The notes below the pieces were generated by a model that was not told the origin of the DNA, made no database searches, and was given only the letters and a program-made list of their open reading frames with translations. Source: Caecitellus pseudoparvulus (taxonomy: Eukaryota > Protista > Bigyra: Bicosoecida). From it: a stretch of 35,798 nucleotides of DNA. The translations under genes and the position numbers were made by a program. Below are positions 33,168 through 35,798 of this stretch, piece after piece. Each line of letters starts with the position of its first letter. Positions within the stretch are counted from its first letter, which is position 1. The stretch is taken from the NCBI GenBank assembly GCA_965644315.1, contig CBFFRQ010000142.1, forward strand, positions 1 to 35,798, in the 5' to 3' direction.

Positions 33168-35386
33168 GAGGTGGGCCGGAGCGCGGTGGTGAGAGCGACC
33201 ACGGGGTACCGGGCCGTGCCCGTGGAGTGGAGGGCTGCCGCCCCGCTCTCGACAGACCACCGCGCCATGGCCGTGCTCATCGAATCAATGGTCCAGCAGC
33301 TGCATGGGGACCGTTGTTGGACTCCACCGGGGCTCTTCGAGGACATCTTGCGTGGGGGCTTGGACTGGGGCCCCCACCCCGTGGTCTCATACTGGGGTTG
33401 CCAGGAGGCCCACGCTGACGTGTGTCCCGCATGCGGCGAGACCACTTCCAGATTACGGCAGCTTGAGCGGTGCGCAGCCATGCGACTGCTCACCGTGGTC
33501 ACGCTGCGCGGGTGGGACCCCGCTTGGCTGCTGTTCCGCCGCCCCCCGGCAGCGGCATCCCCGTCCTCGGCATACGTGCTGCAGCCGCACGACGAGCGGG
33601 CGGTGGCAGCGGCCTATGACGCCTTCGCGGCTGCGCGCGTGCTGCAGCCGGTCACCCCCCAGCAGCTGCAGCAGCACCGAAAGATGGGGGGCCAGCCGCT
33701 TCTGCCTTCGTTGTCACGACATGGGCCCCCCAGCCGGGCGTCAGCGACGAAGCTCTGCGACAGTGGGCTGCTGCGAACCCAGGCGAGGCGGTGCAGGCCG
33801 CCAGCTCTTCCCGCGCGCCCGCCCGCCCGAGCCGCCTGTTCCGGGCCAAGCAGCGGGTGGTGTACGATCTGGCAGCCGTCAACCAGGCCTCAGTGAGCCC
33901 CCCATTCCACTACCCCACGCTGGAGAGCTGGGCGCTGCGCCTCCCGCCGAACTCGGACTGTGTTGTCCTGGACGTGGAAGCAGGGTACACGGCCATCCCC
34001 ATCGCTCCGTCGGGCGCCGGACTGTTCACCATGCTCGCCCAGGGCAGGCCAGCCTTCCGCATGCTTCGGATGGCCTTCGGGTACAGCCCGGCCGGGGCCA
34101 TTTTCTGCTTTTTTTCTGGACTTCTGGGCGCCAAGATCGAAGCGGCGTTCCCAGCAGGGCATGTGGTTGTGTACGTAGACGACGTCGGGCTTGGGGGAGC
34201 TACGTTGGGGCCACGGCCATCGATCGTGCCCAAGATAACTCAACTGTTCGAGGACGTGGGCTTCCGGGTGTCGCGCAAGAAGACGCAAGGGCCACAGCGC
34301 GTCGTTCAGTACTTGGGGATGGTGGTCAGGTGTGCCCCGTGTGGGGTGTACCTTGAGTGTCCTCAAGCCAAACGAACTCAGCTGCGGTGGCAGCTGGCCG
34401 CGGTCCTTAATCGCCTCGGCGCTTGCTCCACCATCCCCAAGCGCGTTTTCGCCGCGGTCACAGGGCGCTTGCACGGCCTGTCGGCCGTGGTGCCCCACGC
34501 AAAACAAACGCTGTCGCTCTTGTACGACACCATGCGCACACACAAGTACCGCGTCGGCCCCCCCGGCGCTCTCGTGCCTGTCCCCCCGGCGTCGCACGGG
34601 GCCCTGCGGACCCTCCTTGAGGCCCTCGGTGGGCCGTTATCGACGGGCCCGATGCGCCCGCTCTCCCCACTGTCAAGCAGGTGGCGCGCCGCCCTCTTTG
34701 GCTCGTGCGACGCGTCGGGGGAAGGCGGGCTGGGGGCAACAGTGTCGAGGTGGGCAGGGCCAGGAGAACGCACAGACTCCGCTTGGTACGCGTCCATGCG
34801 CATCCCCGGCACAGCCCCGGGCGAGGAGCTCGTGGGAGCCTCCACGATGCTGGAGCTGTACGCAATCGCCTTGGCTATGGCAATGGCGCGGCATGTTTTT
34901 CCCGAGCCGGGGCCGCTGCTGCTATGCCTAGCTGCGGACAGCCAGGCAGCGGTGGCGCTGGCGCGACGAGGGTACAGCAAGCACAGCCGTGAACTCACGC
35001 GCGTCTGCGGGGTCCTCGAGCGGGTTTCCCGCGTTTTGGACGTCCACTTGGCGCCTCGGTGGATCCCGAGGAGCCTGAATTGGCGGGCGGACGCCCTCAG
35101 CCACCCCGAAAGGGTGGATAGCAGCACACCGGCAGCGCTCGGCCTCCCGCCAGGGCAACCAGCCGAGCTGGAGGTATCAGCAGGGGGAAGCAGCGCCGCT
35201 GAGCGGTGGCATGATGTGTCCCTAGACGTAGGGCCGTCGGGAAAGGCCGGGGCGGGCACCGCGTGGATTCACTCAGCTCAACTCTCCGTCGCCCTGCACA
35301 GACACACTCTGGATAAGGAAGCAGACCTTCTGGCAGATGATCAGGGCCATCCCCGCGTCCCCGATCAGCAGGATTCACCAACATAG
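33168..35386 (+). CDS. Ngaro ORF2, copy 4; RT and RNase H fused in one frame
   Basis: ORF 33791-35386 contains both YVDD and the RNase H motifs. Confidence 0.92.
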
Positions 35387-35798
35387 GCTGGCAAAGGGGA
35401 CGGTGGTCAAGTACGTTCGCGCGGTTGCTGGCCTGATCAGGGCCGCTCCAGCACCCCGGGACAGGGCGCGGACCATGGTGGGCATCTTAACGGGCGGCGT
35501 GGCCGCAGGCAGATGGGCCCCCCATCGGGCGAAGCAGATCCTGGCGCAATGGGTCGGTGGTTTTAGGTATCTGGGCCTGCCAATCCCGTCGCTAGCCCCG
35601 CTGGGGCTCACAGTCGGCAGCATCTGCCGGGCAATCCGCCGGCTCCACCGAGGGAGAGGGGAGCAACACCGCCGCCCTATCAGCAAAGAACAAGTCATGG
35701 AGGCCATGAAGCGGGCATGGGACGGGCCACACCTCGGGAGGCATGCCCCAACTGCCGCCGCAGCTATCTACATCGGCTTTCATGGCATGTGCAGGCCG
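35337..35798 (+). CDS. Ngaro ORF3 tyrosine recombinase, copy 4, partial
   Basis: Begins MIRAIP and runs off the window at GMCRP. Confidence 0.88.
   Translation, partial: MIRAIPASPISRIHQHRLAKGTVVKYVRAVAGLIRAAPAPRDRARTMVGILTGGVAAGRWAPHRAKQILAQWVGGFRYLGLPIPSLAPLGLTVGSICRAIRRLHRGRGEQHRRPISKEQVMEAMKRAWDGPHLGRHAPTAAAAIYIGFHGMCRP

Larger units (their letters stand above)
30906..35798 (+). mobile_element. Ngaro copy 4, third concatemer unit, truncated by window end
   Basis: Same B-A-ORF1 junction. The window ends inside the YR ORF. Confidence 0.95.

Overview
This is GC-rich eukaryotic DNA, probably from a protist (inferred), with two interleaved layers. (1) A tandem array of three host units. Each has a minus-strand gene (helical N-terminus, degenerate kinase-like middle, then 25, 2 or 5 near-identical 38-aa ankyrin repeats) converging on a plus-strand pseudogenic fragment resembling the UTP20 C-terminus. 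The repeats vary almost only at the residues that form the ankyrin binding face, suggesting a rapidly diversifying recognition-protein family. (2) A young Ngaro-type tyrosine-recombinase retrotransposon with split direct repeats (A1-ORF1-RT/RNaseH-YR-B1-A2-B2). One complete 5.8-kb copy (1942-7760) splits the ankyrin array of the first gene, and its removal restores the frame exactly. A head-to-tail concatemer of at least three units (19945 to window end) splits the third gene. The element shows an in-frame ORF1-UAG-ORF2 junction (possible readthrough), a roughly 44-aa insertion in the RT fingers, and strongly structured terminal repeats. Its frameshifts all lie in homopolymer runs and differ between copies. 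All family assignments come from motif recognition by eye; no searches were run.
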